The notes beneath the pieces are model-generated. The model had not been told where the DNA came from and did not search any database. It saw nothing but the letters and a program-made list of their open reading frames with translations. A DNA stretch of 64,000 nt from the NCBI GenBank assembly GCA_030704615.1, contig CM060733.1, forward strand, positions 11,346,001 to 11,410,000, read 5' to 3'. The translations under genes were made by a program, and so were the position numbers. The stretch's first letter is position 1. Each line of letters begins with the position of its first letter. Below are positions 37,831 through 50,500 of this stretch, in pieces. Source of the stretch: Takakia lepidozioides (taxonomy: Eukaryota > Plantae > Bryophyta).

Positions 37831-38649
37831 AACTCTGCCAGTAGACATCCAATTCGAATCACTTTGTCAGGCCGGTTTTGATCCTACTCAACTGCAGACT
37901 GCAATAGCTCGATCATATAATTAGACAGAGGAAACGACTATATATCGAATCATTACGCAACTTAGGAATCACGGCCTCACATAGTACTAAGCATTTACGA
38001 CGATGTAAGGGAGAGACCACGCATTGGTGCCAAAAACGAGTAAGATCCTCAGATACCTCCACTAGATAGAACCTACATGAAGCACATAATCCTCCCCCAC
38101 TCAAATGCTTAACTTGAATGTACCTGATTGGATAAGACCCATAGGTGAATCTTACACATGTAAAATATGGATGGATGGATGGATGAATATGATGAATTAC
38201 GATGGATGAGTGAATGATTGGATGAGTGAATGTGCTCGAGTTTAGGGTTGTTAAGGTCGCAGTGTTGCAGGGGCTACGACTTAGTGTTTTTTGGGGTCTG
38301 CGTGTTCTTAGAGCCAAAGCAAGGTAGATGGTCTTGTTGATCTGCAGGATATGCATAGCTTGGGTGGATAACCGCAATCGCAAGGTGTGGCTTTTCGTTA
38401 GTACGATGTGAAGAAGTTTGTCCATCTTACAAATGTGGGCTCTTGGCTCCTTAGTACCATGATTTGGCATTCTTCATGATGTTTACAAGGTTCTTGGGAG
38501 AGTCGGTTTGGTTTAGCAGGCCGTGTTTCAATCTCTGCCCGCTCAGCTGCACCGTGGTGGTTCTCACAGACCAATCCGACATTACCTGACTACATACACA
38601 AGCAGAGGTGGTCAGTCAAATCCTCGATGGATCATGTCACAAGGTCGAG

Positions 38650-40058
38650 GACAATGTGGTGAGGGCATCTTCTTCTTCGACCTATTTCAGCCTGTTTTGC
38701 CCTCTCATCAGACTCAACCCTGAATTTGCAGCACGGAGCAGAGTTGGCGTGAGTTTTTTAAAGATCCTTCACGATGGTGGGACAACCGCAATCGCAAGGT
38801 GAGACTTTTTCTTAATGTACGATTGGGGCGTTTGCTAGAACACGGTTGGGGTGTTTGCTAGAACAAATGTAGGCTGTCATTGTCAGTTGCTAGCAGCAAG
38901 GCAAGGATGTATGCATGATTTGTGCAGAACATGGATAGCTTAAGGAGCAGGGGTAGAGTTTGGGTCCAGATTCATCCAAGAGTGCCGGATTTCAAGCTTA
39001 AGATTACCTATGATACCCTGTGGATCCATTGCTGCAAAAAACCTGCATGGGTAGATGGTCAACTGGAAGCCGCAGCAGCAGCGACACAATTTGATAAAAT
39101 CAGGCACTGCTAATGAAGGTACCTTCTTCAACACATTTCACCCTGGTTTTCCCTCTTATCAAAATCGGCCCTAAAACTCCATGTTGGGTTCTGCAAGTTA
39201 GCTGGTTGAGTGAATATTTGACAGTTTGGAGTGACTTTGACATGATACTGCCAACGTGAAAATAGGAAAGTATCCAAAAACATGGATGAGGTGTAGCTGT
39301 GGAATGAATACTTTTCTGATCCCAGTCAATGGTGGGACAACCACTTGGCAGAAAGGTGAATGCATGTTAGATTACAGAGAGGAGCAGGCGCAATTCAGCA
39401 TAGGAACTAGTGTGATAAGCTGAGTTGGGTGTTTCCTAGAACAAATATAGGTTGTCATTATCAGCTGCAAGGCAAGGATGTATGCATGATTTGTGCAGAG
39501 GCAGTGATAGCTGAAGGGGCAGGGATAGAGTTTGGGTCCAGACATCCAAGAGGGCCAGATTTCAAGCACAATATTACCTATAATTCCATGTGCATCAATA
39601 GCTACAAGAAACCTGCATGGGTAGATGGTCAACTAAAGGCAGGTGCTGCAGCGGCACAGTTGATAAAATCAAGCACCTCAACCATGACCACAGCTTCTGA
39701 AAGAGGATCAAGAGAGGGAGTCCACAATGCCTCTTCTGGCACTTCTAGGCACATGAAGATGCTTTGTTCAGAGGCAGGCAGACTGAAAGAGGCTCTACAG
39801 ACTTTAAACCAAGGAGGCATTTCAGCAGATTCAGATACGTATGTATCTCTCTTGCTTAAGTGCATCAAGATGAAAGGTCTTAGATCAAATGATGGGGAAA
39901 GGGGTGAAGCCCAACCACATCACGTTTTTTTGCATTTGCAATACATGTGCAAGCCTGGCCGCCCTGGAAAAGGGCAAAGAGGTGCATGGTTGCATCGCGA
40001 AAGCTGGAATTGTACCAGATGTCATTCTGAACAATACCCTCATGGACATGTATGCCAG
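38650..40058 (+). pseudogene. Second copy of the tandem-PDF/PPR 5' module (paralogue of 4354-5880), truncated
   Basis: TEQSWREFFKDPSRWWDNRNRK|GT (donor 38799) ...AG|IHPRVPDFKLKITYDTLWIHCCKKPAWVDGQL (38970). A second PDF follows: LWNEYFSDPSQWWDN | HPRGPDFKHNITYNSMCINSYKKPAWVDGQL, in frame with PPR ADSDTYVSLLLKC. Confidence 0.88.
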
Positions 40059-40126
40059 TAACTGTTGTTTGGATAATTAGCATTGTTTTTCTGATTGGTT
40101 CCTGTAGCAAGAAATACATATAGTCT

Positions 40127-42985
40127 TCACTTGGCACCAGCTTCATGATGTAGGCTTACTAGAAGATGAATCAAATGCAATTTTTCATCTTCAACGAAGG
40201 TGTGAACCGTGTTTCCAACTTCAATGCAGCAGCGACCTGGATGATTTTTGACACTTCTGACCTTCACCATTTTTCTTACTGCTGCAGCGTTGTCCCAGTT
40301 GTCAGCTGCACTAGAGATGTTTGATAGCAACACACATGTTGCAGCATCCTATTGATCCCATTTGAGGATAGACTTTGCAGCACGTTCTGCCACCTCCACA
40401 TTGCCATGACTTCTGCACGCAGCAACCAAGGCTCTCAACACCACAACATCTGATTTGATTAAAGGATTCGAAGAAGTGTTTGCCTTCATCCACTAAGCCA
40501 ACATGGCTACATGCAGAGAGAACAGACGTGAAGGGAGATGTGAAGGTGATATTGTCCGGCTTCAAGCCTTCCTTTTGTATTCCAGCTTCAAATGAGCTTC
40601 AAATAGTTGCAGGGCCTCCCCTGATGGGCAAATTCAGTGATCTTGCACTACAGGACACCACATCTTGTTGATGGTATTGTCAAACAATTCCTCTGCGTCC
40701 TCCATCCTCCCGCATTAGCATACATGTCCATGAGGGTAGTGTTAAGAATGACATCTGGAACAATTCCAGCTACCATGATGTCAGTATGAACCTCTTTGCC
40801 CTTTCTCAGGGCTGCCAGGCCGGCACAAGCCTTGAGAATGCAAACAAATGTGCCCTGGTCAGGTGTCACCCTATCCCACACCATCTGCGCATAGTTATCC
40901 AAGGCATTCCTACAGCACCCATGCTGGGCATATCCTGCGATCATTACACTCCAGGGCACCACATCTCGTTCAGCCATATTGTCAAACGCATCCTCCATGC
41001 TCCTGCATTTGGTGTACATGTGCACGAGCGTATTGTTCAGAATGACATCTGGTACGATTCGAGCTTCCATGATGTCACTATGACCTTTTTCAGGGCTATC
41101 AAGCCCGCACACACATTACAAGTACAAACAAACGTGACCTGGTTGGGCTTCATGGATCACCCCTTCCCGCATCATTTGCTCATAGTTCTCCAAGGCATTT
41201 CTACCACACCCATGCTGGCATATCCTGTGATCATCACATTCCAGGTCACTACATTCTGTTGAGCCATACTGTCAAACACTCCCTTTGCATCCTCCATGCT
41301 CCAGCATTTGGCATACATGTCCACGAGCGAATTGTTCAGAATGATATCTGGTACAATTCCAGCTTTCATGATGTCAGTATGGACTTCTTTGCCTTTCTCC
41401 AGCGCTCCAAGGCCTGCACACGCATTGCAAAATCACCCATGCTGACATATCCTGCAATCATTGCACTCCAGGAGACCACATCTCGTTCAGCCATTTTGTC
41501 AAATACTCCCTTTGTATCCTCCATGCTCCCACATTTGGCATACATGTCCACGAGCGTATTGTTCAGAATGATATCTGGTACAATCCCAGCTTTCATGATG
41601 TCAGGATGGACCTCTTTTCCTTTTCCAGGGCTGCCCGCACATGCATTGCAAACACAATTGAACGCGACCCGATCCAGCTTCACCCCTTCCCCCATCATTT
41701 GCTCATAGGTCTCCAATGCATTCCCACAACACCCATGCTGGCCATACCCTGCGATCATTGCACTCCAAGACACCACATTTCGTTCAGCCATATGGTCAAA
41801 CACTTCCTTTGCATCCTCCACGCTCCCGCATTTGGCACACGTCCACAAGGGTATTGTTCAGAATGACATCTGGTACCATTCCAGTTTTTATAATGTCAGT
41901 ATGGACCGCTCTTTTCCAGGGCTGCCAGGCCTGCACATGCATTGCAAACACAAACAAATGTGACCTGGTTGGGCTTCACCCCTTCCCGCATCATTTGCTC
42001 ATAGGTCTCCAAGGCATTTCTACCACACCCGTTCTGGGCCTATCCTGTGATCACTGCATTCCAGGTCACCACACTTCGTCCAGCCATATTGTCAAACACT
42101 TCCTTTGCATCCTCTATGCTCCCACATTTGGCATACATGTCCACGAGGGTATTGTTCAGAATGACGTCTGGTACAATTCCAGCTTCCATGATGCCAGTAT
42201 GGACCTCTTTGCCCTTTTCTGGGGCTGCCAGGCTCGCACACGCATGGCAAATGCAAGTAAATGTGACCTGGTTGGGCTTCACCCCTTCTTGCATCATTTG
42301 CTCGTAGGTCTCTAAAGCCTCCATCCCACACCAATGTTGGGCATATCCTGCAATCATTGCACTCCACGACACCATATCTCGTTCGGGCACATTATTGAAC
42401 ACTTCCCTTGCATCGTCCATGCTCCACATTTAGCATACATGTCCATGAGGGTATTGTTCAGAATCATATTAGGTGCAACTGCACTTTTCAAGATATCAGC
42501 ATGGACCTCTTTGCAGGGCTACCAGGTTCGCACACGCCTTGCAAATGCAAACAAATGTCACCTGGTTGGGCTTCACCCCTTCCAGCGTCATTTGATCATA
42601 AGCCTCCAAGGCATTCTTACCACACCCATGCTTGGTAAAGCCTGCCATCATTATCTTATAAGTGATTAAACCTCATTCAGGCATTTTGTTGAACATTTGG
42701 TGTGCATGTACGATGCTCCCACATTTGACATACATGTCAACAACAGTGTTGTGTAGAAACGCATTTGGCTTAAATCCACTGGGATAATGTGAGCATGCAC
42801 CTGCTTCCCTGCTGCCAGGCCTTTCACCTTGATGCACTTCCGCAAGAGACAGACATAAGTATCTGAATCTGCTGAAATGGTTCCTTGGTTCAAATTTGCA
42901 GAGCCTCTTTTATTTGTCCTGCCTCACATAGTGTTCTCACGTGCCCAGACCCAGAAGAGATCATCTGTACTCCCTCTCTTGGCAG
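40127..42985 (-). pseudogene. PLS-PPR-E(+) pseudogene truncated at the start of DYW
   Basis: Same linker (REGV...GHV..LCEAG), multiple frameshifted P-L-S triplets, SACSHVGLVDEG, LLSNISSAADNWD, PGRCCIEVGNTVHTF. Confidence 0.9.
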
Positions 42986-44969
42986 CAGACACAGGACTTA
43001 CCAAAGGCTGAGCAAGCACGTGGGTCAGAGGTTAAGAACTTCAGCCGCCCGAACTAAAATCACAAAATTTGTAGTGACAAACCCATTAGGCTACCTCGGA
43101 GATGGCCTACTCGGGTTATGGCGCATGCGACAGAATTGCCCCCACGAGCTATTGGGTGGGAAGCCAACTTCTCTCTTCTCTCATCGAGCTTGCAATGAGA
43201 TGCTGTGTAATAAGAGATCCTGGCGGTTCCTTGGATTCCCCCCATGCTAGAGGGAATATGCAACTCGAGCTCATAATTCGTTTCAAATGAGCTCCACATC
43301 GGCTGCAAATTGCTCTACACACCTATACTATTGAGCTCTCTCTCTCTCTACGCGGAATTGGCATGTGTGCCACTTCAAACCGAGGCCATCTTCCGGCTTA
43401 CAATCTTTCTCACAATGTTACAAGCCCTTCCACCCATAGGGCGGACAGCCCGGGCCCTCAAAACATCAGGCTCAAAACCGCTTTCGAGACCTCCTCGTAT
43501 GCTCGTGTCCAACATTTTTGAGCGCAATGGACTCCGTTGCTTCCCTACTGCCACAACAGAGAGGGGATGGAAAATGCGTCCAAACGATCGCAATAGATGC
43601 AACGGACGAGACGTCAAGGAACTTCACGGAAACTGGAAACCAGCCAATTGTACAACAAAACTGCAGTTCTGGAGGTCTTACGAGGATCAGAAGTGCTTAT
43701 CGACTCACCTGCAAGATGAGGCGTTGACTGTTACACAATCCCTTGAGCAGTAGTTGTTTTTGGGCTGCATGTGGTTGGGCCCACTCTCTTCCTCGATTCA
43801 TGCCTCCTCTTGTCCCATAAGCTCTTTGAGTTTTCCGTGGACGTTGTAAAGTATCATTTCATCTCTTCTCTCCGGATTGTTTGTTCTGTCTCTGGGATCC
43901 TCACGTCCTCACTCACAACCTTCTTATTAATTTAATCCCTAAACGCCTAAGCCCCTAAGCTTTTCTTACAATTTCTTTTTGTTTTCTGGGTGCTGTAAAT
44001 ACACCCAGCAGCACGGAGTCCCTTCGTGTCTCCCAATTCTGAGAGCACCTCTGCTGGGCCCTGCTCCTATGCAGCTACACTAAAAACTCATGGAATTTTC
44101 TTGAGATGGTTTCGTAGTGAAATTGTGCATTATGATAAAGATATCTGAACTTTCAGGCTAGGGACGGCTCAAATTTGGCCCCGGCCCCGGATAACTAACT
44201 CCCTTAGTAGAACCCAGATTCGTGTACCTGGAATTTCAGTAATCAGTCATCGAGGATAAGTTTACTAGAACAAACCAAATCCCCCATCCTCTTGTTCTCA
44301 CTCATTTCCTTCCTTCCTGCACACAATGCCCTCATTCCAATCGTCTATCTTTTCAAACACTTCGTCCTCACATTCGATTCGAGACGGTAGACAACGCAGT
44401 TCGAAAAACAAACGGCTACTTTTCAAATGTCGTGACACATGTTGGCATGAACGTTCGGCATCGCTCGTAACCAATGAGAGCAGGGCACCGACCTTAGCAA
44501 TCCTGTTTGTCTGTAAAGCCCACTCTCGCCACGCTGCAGGCTATGGGTGGTCGGATACTTGTTTCTTGATAGTCTGCGGCTAGAAAATCGAGACGGCGCC
44601 ACGTTGCAGGCCATTAATGGATGTAAACTATCTTTCTCCGAACAGAATGTTGAGACAAAGCCACGTTGCAACACAGTATAGGCCAAGCCGGTGTTCTCGC
44701 AGCGATGACTGCCAGCTGTCTCGGTCTCTGTCCTGGCGTTGTGGCTCCCTTCTCGTATAAAACTCTCTGCCCTGCGAACTGCTAGTAATTAATCTCGTGC
44801 CAGTCTCCATCTTCTCTTTTCTGAGTCAAAGTTTTCCGACATTGCAGCTGCTCGCCATCACTCTTCTCTCTTCTCTCTTCGAGTCTCTTCAGACCCACAT
44901 TCTGACATCGTCTCTGCCTCGCAGCATTCGCTCTTGCACGGCTCTGTTTTCAGTATCTTTGAAGCGCAA

Positions 44970-45242
44970 ATGACGACCATCGCGACCACGACTGGGACGA
45001 CTGCAAACCCTCCTTGCTGCCCCGTGATTCCAACTTGTTTCCAGTGTGGAACTCACCGCAACCCGTGCCACTGCAGGGTGGTCGGCCCCACGTTGGGAGT
45101 GGTAGCTTTCGCTGTGGCAGCAGCCATTGAATGGCCGGTGGGAGCTTTTGTGTGGTGCTTCAAACATTACAAGGGGCGACGCATCATGGCGCACCCGGCT
45201 GCTGTGGTTTATCCCCGTGTTGCAAGCTGCCTTCCCATCTAG
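44970..45242 (+). CDS. 90-aa Cys-rich small membrane protein, copy 3 (inverted)
   Basis: Protein identical to copy 2; flanks about 44600-45810 are the reverse complement of about 34075-35230. Confidence 0.8.
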   Translation: MTTIATTTGTTANPPCCPVIPTCFQCGTHRNPCHCRVVGPTLGVVAFAVAAAIEWPVGAFVWCFKHYKGRRIMAHPAAVVYPRVASCLPI

Positions 45243-45924
45243 ATCATCGCCTCGCAACCGTATGCAGCTCTGTGGATATTGCCTGGGTATATTATATACC
45301 CTGTAAATAGTACTTTCAACTGCGGATCGACGAATTTTTGTGCACAGGCATGATCAGCAGGGGGCGCCATTTTAGGTAGCACACATGTGTTATTTGGAGC
45401 TGCAGAGTAGTGAGCTATGATGTGAAGGAAACAGACTTCTAAGCTCGGATTTTAGCTGTATGTAAATGCACATGAAGAGCTTGTCAGGGTTGCAGAGGTC
45501 TGTCTTTTAGGATATTTGGACAATGTCCGGCTGGACTCAATTCTGTACACTTTATACACTTATATCCCAAATTAATTCATTGGGTGCTTTGATTCAAAAG
45601 TTCACTGTAATTTGCGTTTTATGTCTTCATGGTGTACACATCGACTGCGTTATACCTCGTTGTACCTTCAGTTGATTTGCAACCAGACCACTGCGACCCT
45701 TACTGCTGAGATCTATGTCGCATGCAGGAGCTAATTCGTGCGTGGGTCTTACACTTCCAGGCCCGAATCGCTGGGAGTGATCAGGTTAGACCCGAAAAGG
45801 TATTTGCGAGGTTTTTTAATTAGACAGCAGGAAGGTAGCAGGTCTAATTAAAAAACCTTGTGCACAGCAGGAAATATCAAGTGTTGTTGTTATTTTATTT
45901 CTTTTCTAAAAACAAATTGTTAAC

Positions 45925-46103
45925 CAAAAAAAAAAAAAAAAGGTATGGCGCTTCCCCAAGGGAGTGTAACTTATACTGTCACTTGACCCCCAAGGGCTAC
46001 TGCCTTCCAGCAGGAAGGTGGACACCTTCATGACACATGAGAGAGTGGTTTGAACCTACAACGTGGTATGTGCCCATTACCACTGGGCTACAGGCTGGTT
46101 GTC
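45925..46103 (-). mobile_element. tRNA-derived SINE (poly-T tail), copy 2
   Basis: Minus strand reads GACAACCAGCCTGTAGCCCAGTGG...GGTTCAAACC...poly-T. 9-bp TSD ATTGTTAAC at 45916-45924 and 46104-46112. Confidence 0.85.
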
Positions 46104-47573
46104 ATTGTTAACTAATGTACACTCCCGTCTTCATTGCACCATAAAGGCTACAAGATATGCTTGAGATAAGCTCCATAACTCCACTCCAGCTAGGTTAAGA
46201 TAAGAATACATCCTAAAATATAACAATCATAGGATCAAAAGGTAATCATAAGGTAATACTAACGTGATTAGAAGCTAATACAAATATTCATTAGTGTTTC
46301 TTGAGATGGAGGTTATTTTTTTATAGACATGACCACCTATGTACGCCTCTCATTTTAAGATAATAGGGTCTTCAATGGGCACGTGCGATGTGGCCGGTGC
46401 ATCCTGCGCACGGACGCCCGGCTCCCTAGCACCCCGCCCGCCGCTGCGCGCGGTTGCCCAGCCACGGGCGCGGCTGCAGCAACCGCGCCCGCGCCCCCGT
46501 CCGCCGCGCGGCCAGTCCCCCGCCCATGAATCCCCCGCCCTCCAGTCTGCCAGTCCGGTGCTGGCCAGTCGGTTGCCCAGCAGTCTGCCAGTCCGGTGTT
46601 GGCCAGTCCGCTGCCCAGCAGTATGCCAGTCCGCCAGTCTGCCCGCTAGTCCGCTGGCCAGTCCCCTGCCATCACGGCGCAGTCCGTTGACGGCGCGTTG
46701 ATCGCCACCGTCCATTCCCATAACCCATCCGAGCCCTCCATTTTTAGGGCTGCGAAAATGGCAATGATCTTCCACCAAATCCCGGCCGCTCTCTTTTTAC
46801 GGCTGTTTGTTGTCCGATGTTGCGGTAGGCGTTTCCATGCACGCGACTGTTCCTCTTTTGCGCGCAATGTTCATGATGATGATGAAGCGTGTGCTTGAAC
46901 ATGAGAGGACTGTCTCGGCACTACAGCCACCATCGTGCATATGCTTCAACTATTTTTGCCTTCTTGTTGTGCTTTCGGGAACCTTCGTTTTATGGTTTGG
47001 TTCTATGTCATAAATATGGAAATGCGGACATATGTCGTCGATAACGTCCTCTGCTTGTGATCCGTCATGATACGTTTAGCCCCTTCGTACTGCATCCCTC
47101 ATGAGAGCCTTCACAAGTTTAGTTCGTTAAAGGAACCCATGGGTAACATGGGCGCGAAAATGGTGGAAGCGTATGCACATGGGGGCGTGTATTGCAGATT
47201 TCGTATCGGACGATGGGACTGTTTATGTGACCAAGTATAGCGGCTTGCATCCGTCGTGCATAAGTTGTGGAAAATGGTGGAGAATCTGAAGAAACCCAGC
47301 TTTGTGATGGATCCACATGGTATTATATAAGGGATGGCAGCACAAAAAAACAATTCGAGTCGTCACGGAATACCATCCAGTCGTAAGGTCCTCAAACATC
47401 CACACGCACCTGCTGAATGCAGATGTCTGAGCCACGACGGGAGATGTCTGAGACAATTGCATCTGCAAATGCACGTGGATGTTTGAGGTCCGTTGTGTCG
47501 CAGTCTTTTCATAGGACTTTTATCTGTCGCTCTGTCGCTCATTGTCCTTGCACCTTCGTTTCATTCTGCAGCG

Positions 47574-50500
47574 ATGGAGGATGCTTGTGAAAACGGTGAA
47601 GCGGACTGGTGGATTTTGTGCACCAAACCAGACTGAAGAAGGAGCGAAGGTACTGGTACTCACTAGACGAGTTTGATCATAAAATAGTGGAAGCATTTGT
47701 AGACCTCCGCGCCCGGAAGCCCAAAAACTCGAATTGGCAAAATGACAAGCTCTTCTGTCCCTTCTGTGAAGAGGTAATCAAGGACAAAATCCAACTAAAT
47801 CGGCATTGTGTTGACACGGGTTGCAAGGAGACTGTTGCAATGATTCCACGAGATTTGAAGCCTTGTCCGATACTGAAAGAAATGTCGATTGTCAAAGAGG
47901 CCACAATGCGCTTGCGCGGATCAGTGCTTGACCCCCGCACTTTGGAATTAGACGAAGTGCGCGCACGGTATGACGTCCATTGTGGTGGCCCGTCAATGGA
48001 GGATTTGCAAGTGCAGGGAACGCCGGACGCTCCCAGAAAACGTAAACTGAGTGATGGGGCCCAAAAAAAGGAGAGGCAAAAAAATGAGAAGGCTGCAAGG
48101 TCTGCTCGCGAGGCAAGGGCAAAATCCACGCAACAGACTGAACCCCGTCCTGGGCGGCAGACCCACACCATCAGTACTGATACTGAAAGTGAATCTGCTC
48201 AGGACCTGGAAGGGGTGACAAGTCTAGTGGACATTGACTTGCCTGACCAGACTCGGCAGCAGACTCACACAAATATCGCGACCCATGCCATCGGTTTAGG
48301 GTCAAAACCAAAAACTCAACAGAGCACTGAAGGGTCAGTCTGCCCTGGCACATTGCGCCTCGTTGACTTTGGGCTTTTCCCACCAGAGTGCCCACCAATT
48401 GGGGATCCAGACTTCTTTCGGTTTTTCTACAGAGTTGCCCAGTCAGGTCTGCTACGCACATTCATCCGACAGGCGGAACAGAACTGGTTGAACAGCTTTG
48501 AAGATGAAGATGACGATGATGAAGTAGAGGAGGTAATGGTCAGTCTGACCGCCCAGTCTGTTCTCTGTGCTGTTTGAGTCCATCATCGAGGTCACGTTGC
48601 CTATTCAGTCTGGTCAGTCCGCTGCGTTCTCTCCTCAGTCCGCTGGCTCACTCCGCTCGTCAGTTAGTCTGTTTATGTCGCTGCATTACTTACTGAGTCC
48701 ATTTGTCAGTCCGCTGGTCCAGTCCACTGGTATAGTCTACTAGTTGCCTCCACCCTACGTACGCACGTTACAGTCTGCTGGTCTGTGAGTCCAGTCCGCT
48801 GCATGAGGTGAATATAGAGTCCACGTCCATGTTCCTGACGTCGAAGTTCTCTGCCGTGTACCAGGATGAACGTGTTTCTATTCGTAGGGCCATTCAGGCT
48901 TGGCGGATACCTAGCAATGATGCTTCTTTACAACCAACTGCAGTGCATGCGGAAGTGGACCGCGTGCGAGAGTACATATTATTGAAGTATCCTGGGTCAT
49001 CTGCTGCTTCTAGCGGCATTACATATTCAAGACGCGTCGGGAGGAATGCGTCTGGGACAGCCGAGTCTGCCATCCAGCAGACTCCCGTTCAGCAGCCTGT
49101 CATCCAGCAGACTCCAACGGAGCAGACTCCCAACGAGCAGCCTGTCATCCAGCAGACTCCACGGAGCAGACTCCTCTGCAGACTCCTCTCCAGGAGCCCA
49201 TCATGTAGCCCATGCCAATGGCCATGCCAATGGGAAGTCCTGTCATCCAACAGACTGCGGACCAGCAGACTGCCTTTCTCTCACATAGCACGGCGCTTTT
49301 TGCAGTTTGGCGATCGCCATCACCAGTAATTCGACCCGGAGCTGAAGACCTCACACTTCCCCGGCTTAGGGTGAGAGAAATTAATCCCCATTTGGATTGG
49401 CATAATGAGCTCCACCGGATTGTTGCGGACCGCCAGTGGTCATTTGTACCCTTTCATTATTCCATGGAGTTTTCTATTGAGGAAGCCAACCATGTTCTAG
49501 AAGCCGCCTCTGCTGTTGCCATTGAAGCCACAAACGACCAAAATGCGCCGCCTTTACTTCTGCAGCTGATTCTCATGGATGACCCACGGCCTGAAGACCT
49601 CAGACATATGCCTATGGCACATCCAACCTTTGGGGTGCGAAGAGAGCACTTGTTCGGATTGACTGAGGAGGACTTTGAGCGCATGGCAGCTTCCTTCCGA
49701 CAACACAGATGGATGCAATTTGACAATTTCCGCTCATACAACAAGTTGATGAAGGATCTGCATAGTTTGAGGATGGACTTACTCCATGGAACAGACCATT
49801 CACAGAAGTTTGTGGTGGATGACGCATTGCACTGGTTTGCATTGGTGATGGAGCGAGCAGTATTCGACATTGTTTTGCAGAATCCCAATGTCTTCAAAGT
49901 TCTATGGTGTGGGATCCCAACTGAAGACCGCATCGGCGCCATTGCTCATCTCGATGGAGCATGCCTGTGCCGGCAAATCAAGGACATTGGCCTCATCGGA
50001 AATCTCTTGGAAGGTAAAATGTATGGGCAACTTTCGTGTTTCAGCTCAATTTCTTTTGCTAACTTTTTTAGAAGTTCACATTTGCATAAACATGTGTTGC
50101 AGGGCGAGTTGATCTGGGAGACAAGCAAGTGCAGGCTGCTTTCGACTCTTTTGCCAGAGGTGCAAGGGACCTTGTCCTGGCTTTACAAGGAGTTCGGAGA
50201 CTGTCCAGCAGACTGGCCACAAGAATGTCGAACAACATATTCCCCACGACACATGTGGGCAGACTGCCCAAGTGCTGGAGACCGAGCATGAGCGCCTGAC
50301 CGTCCCGGGTAATAGGCCGGATCACTCCCAGCAGACTGCCCCGCACACACATACTCAGTATGTACAAACAGTACTGAGCGGGCAGCGAACTTTGCAGACT
50401 TTGCAGCAGACCGGAGAACAGACCGGCCAACAGACTGCCCCTCAACCGACTGTGCAGCAGACCAGCGAACATGGCCACCAGACTGCCCCTCAGCAAACTG

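Noticed and set aside
43310-43753. 147-aa ORF upstream of the minus-strand PPR pseudogene
   Set aside because: No ATG start, no recognisable motif and no supporting splice structure.
46339-46867. GC-rich ORFs at both MULE ends (also 57741-58405 and 55378-55984)
   Set aside because: They are by-products of GC-rich TIRs and intronic CGGACT/GCCAGT micro-repeats with no protein-like features.
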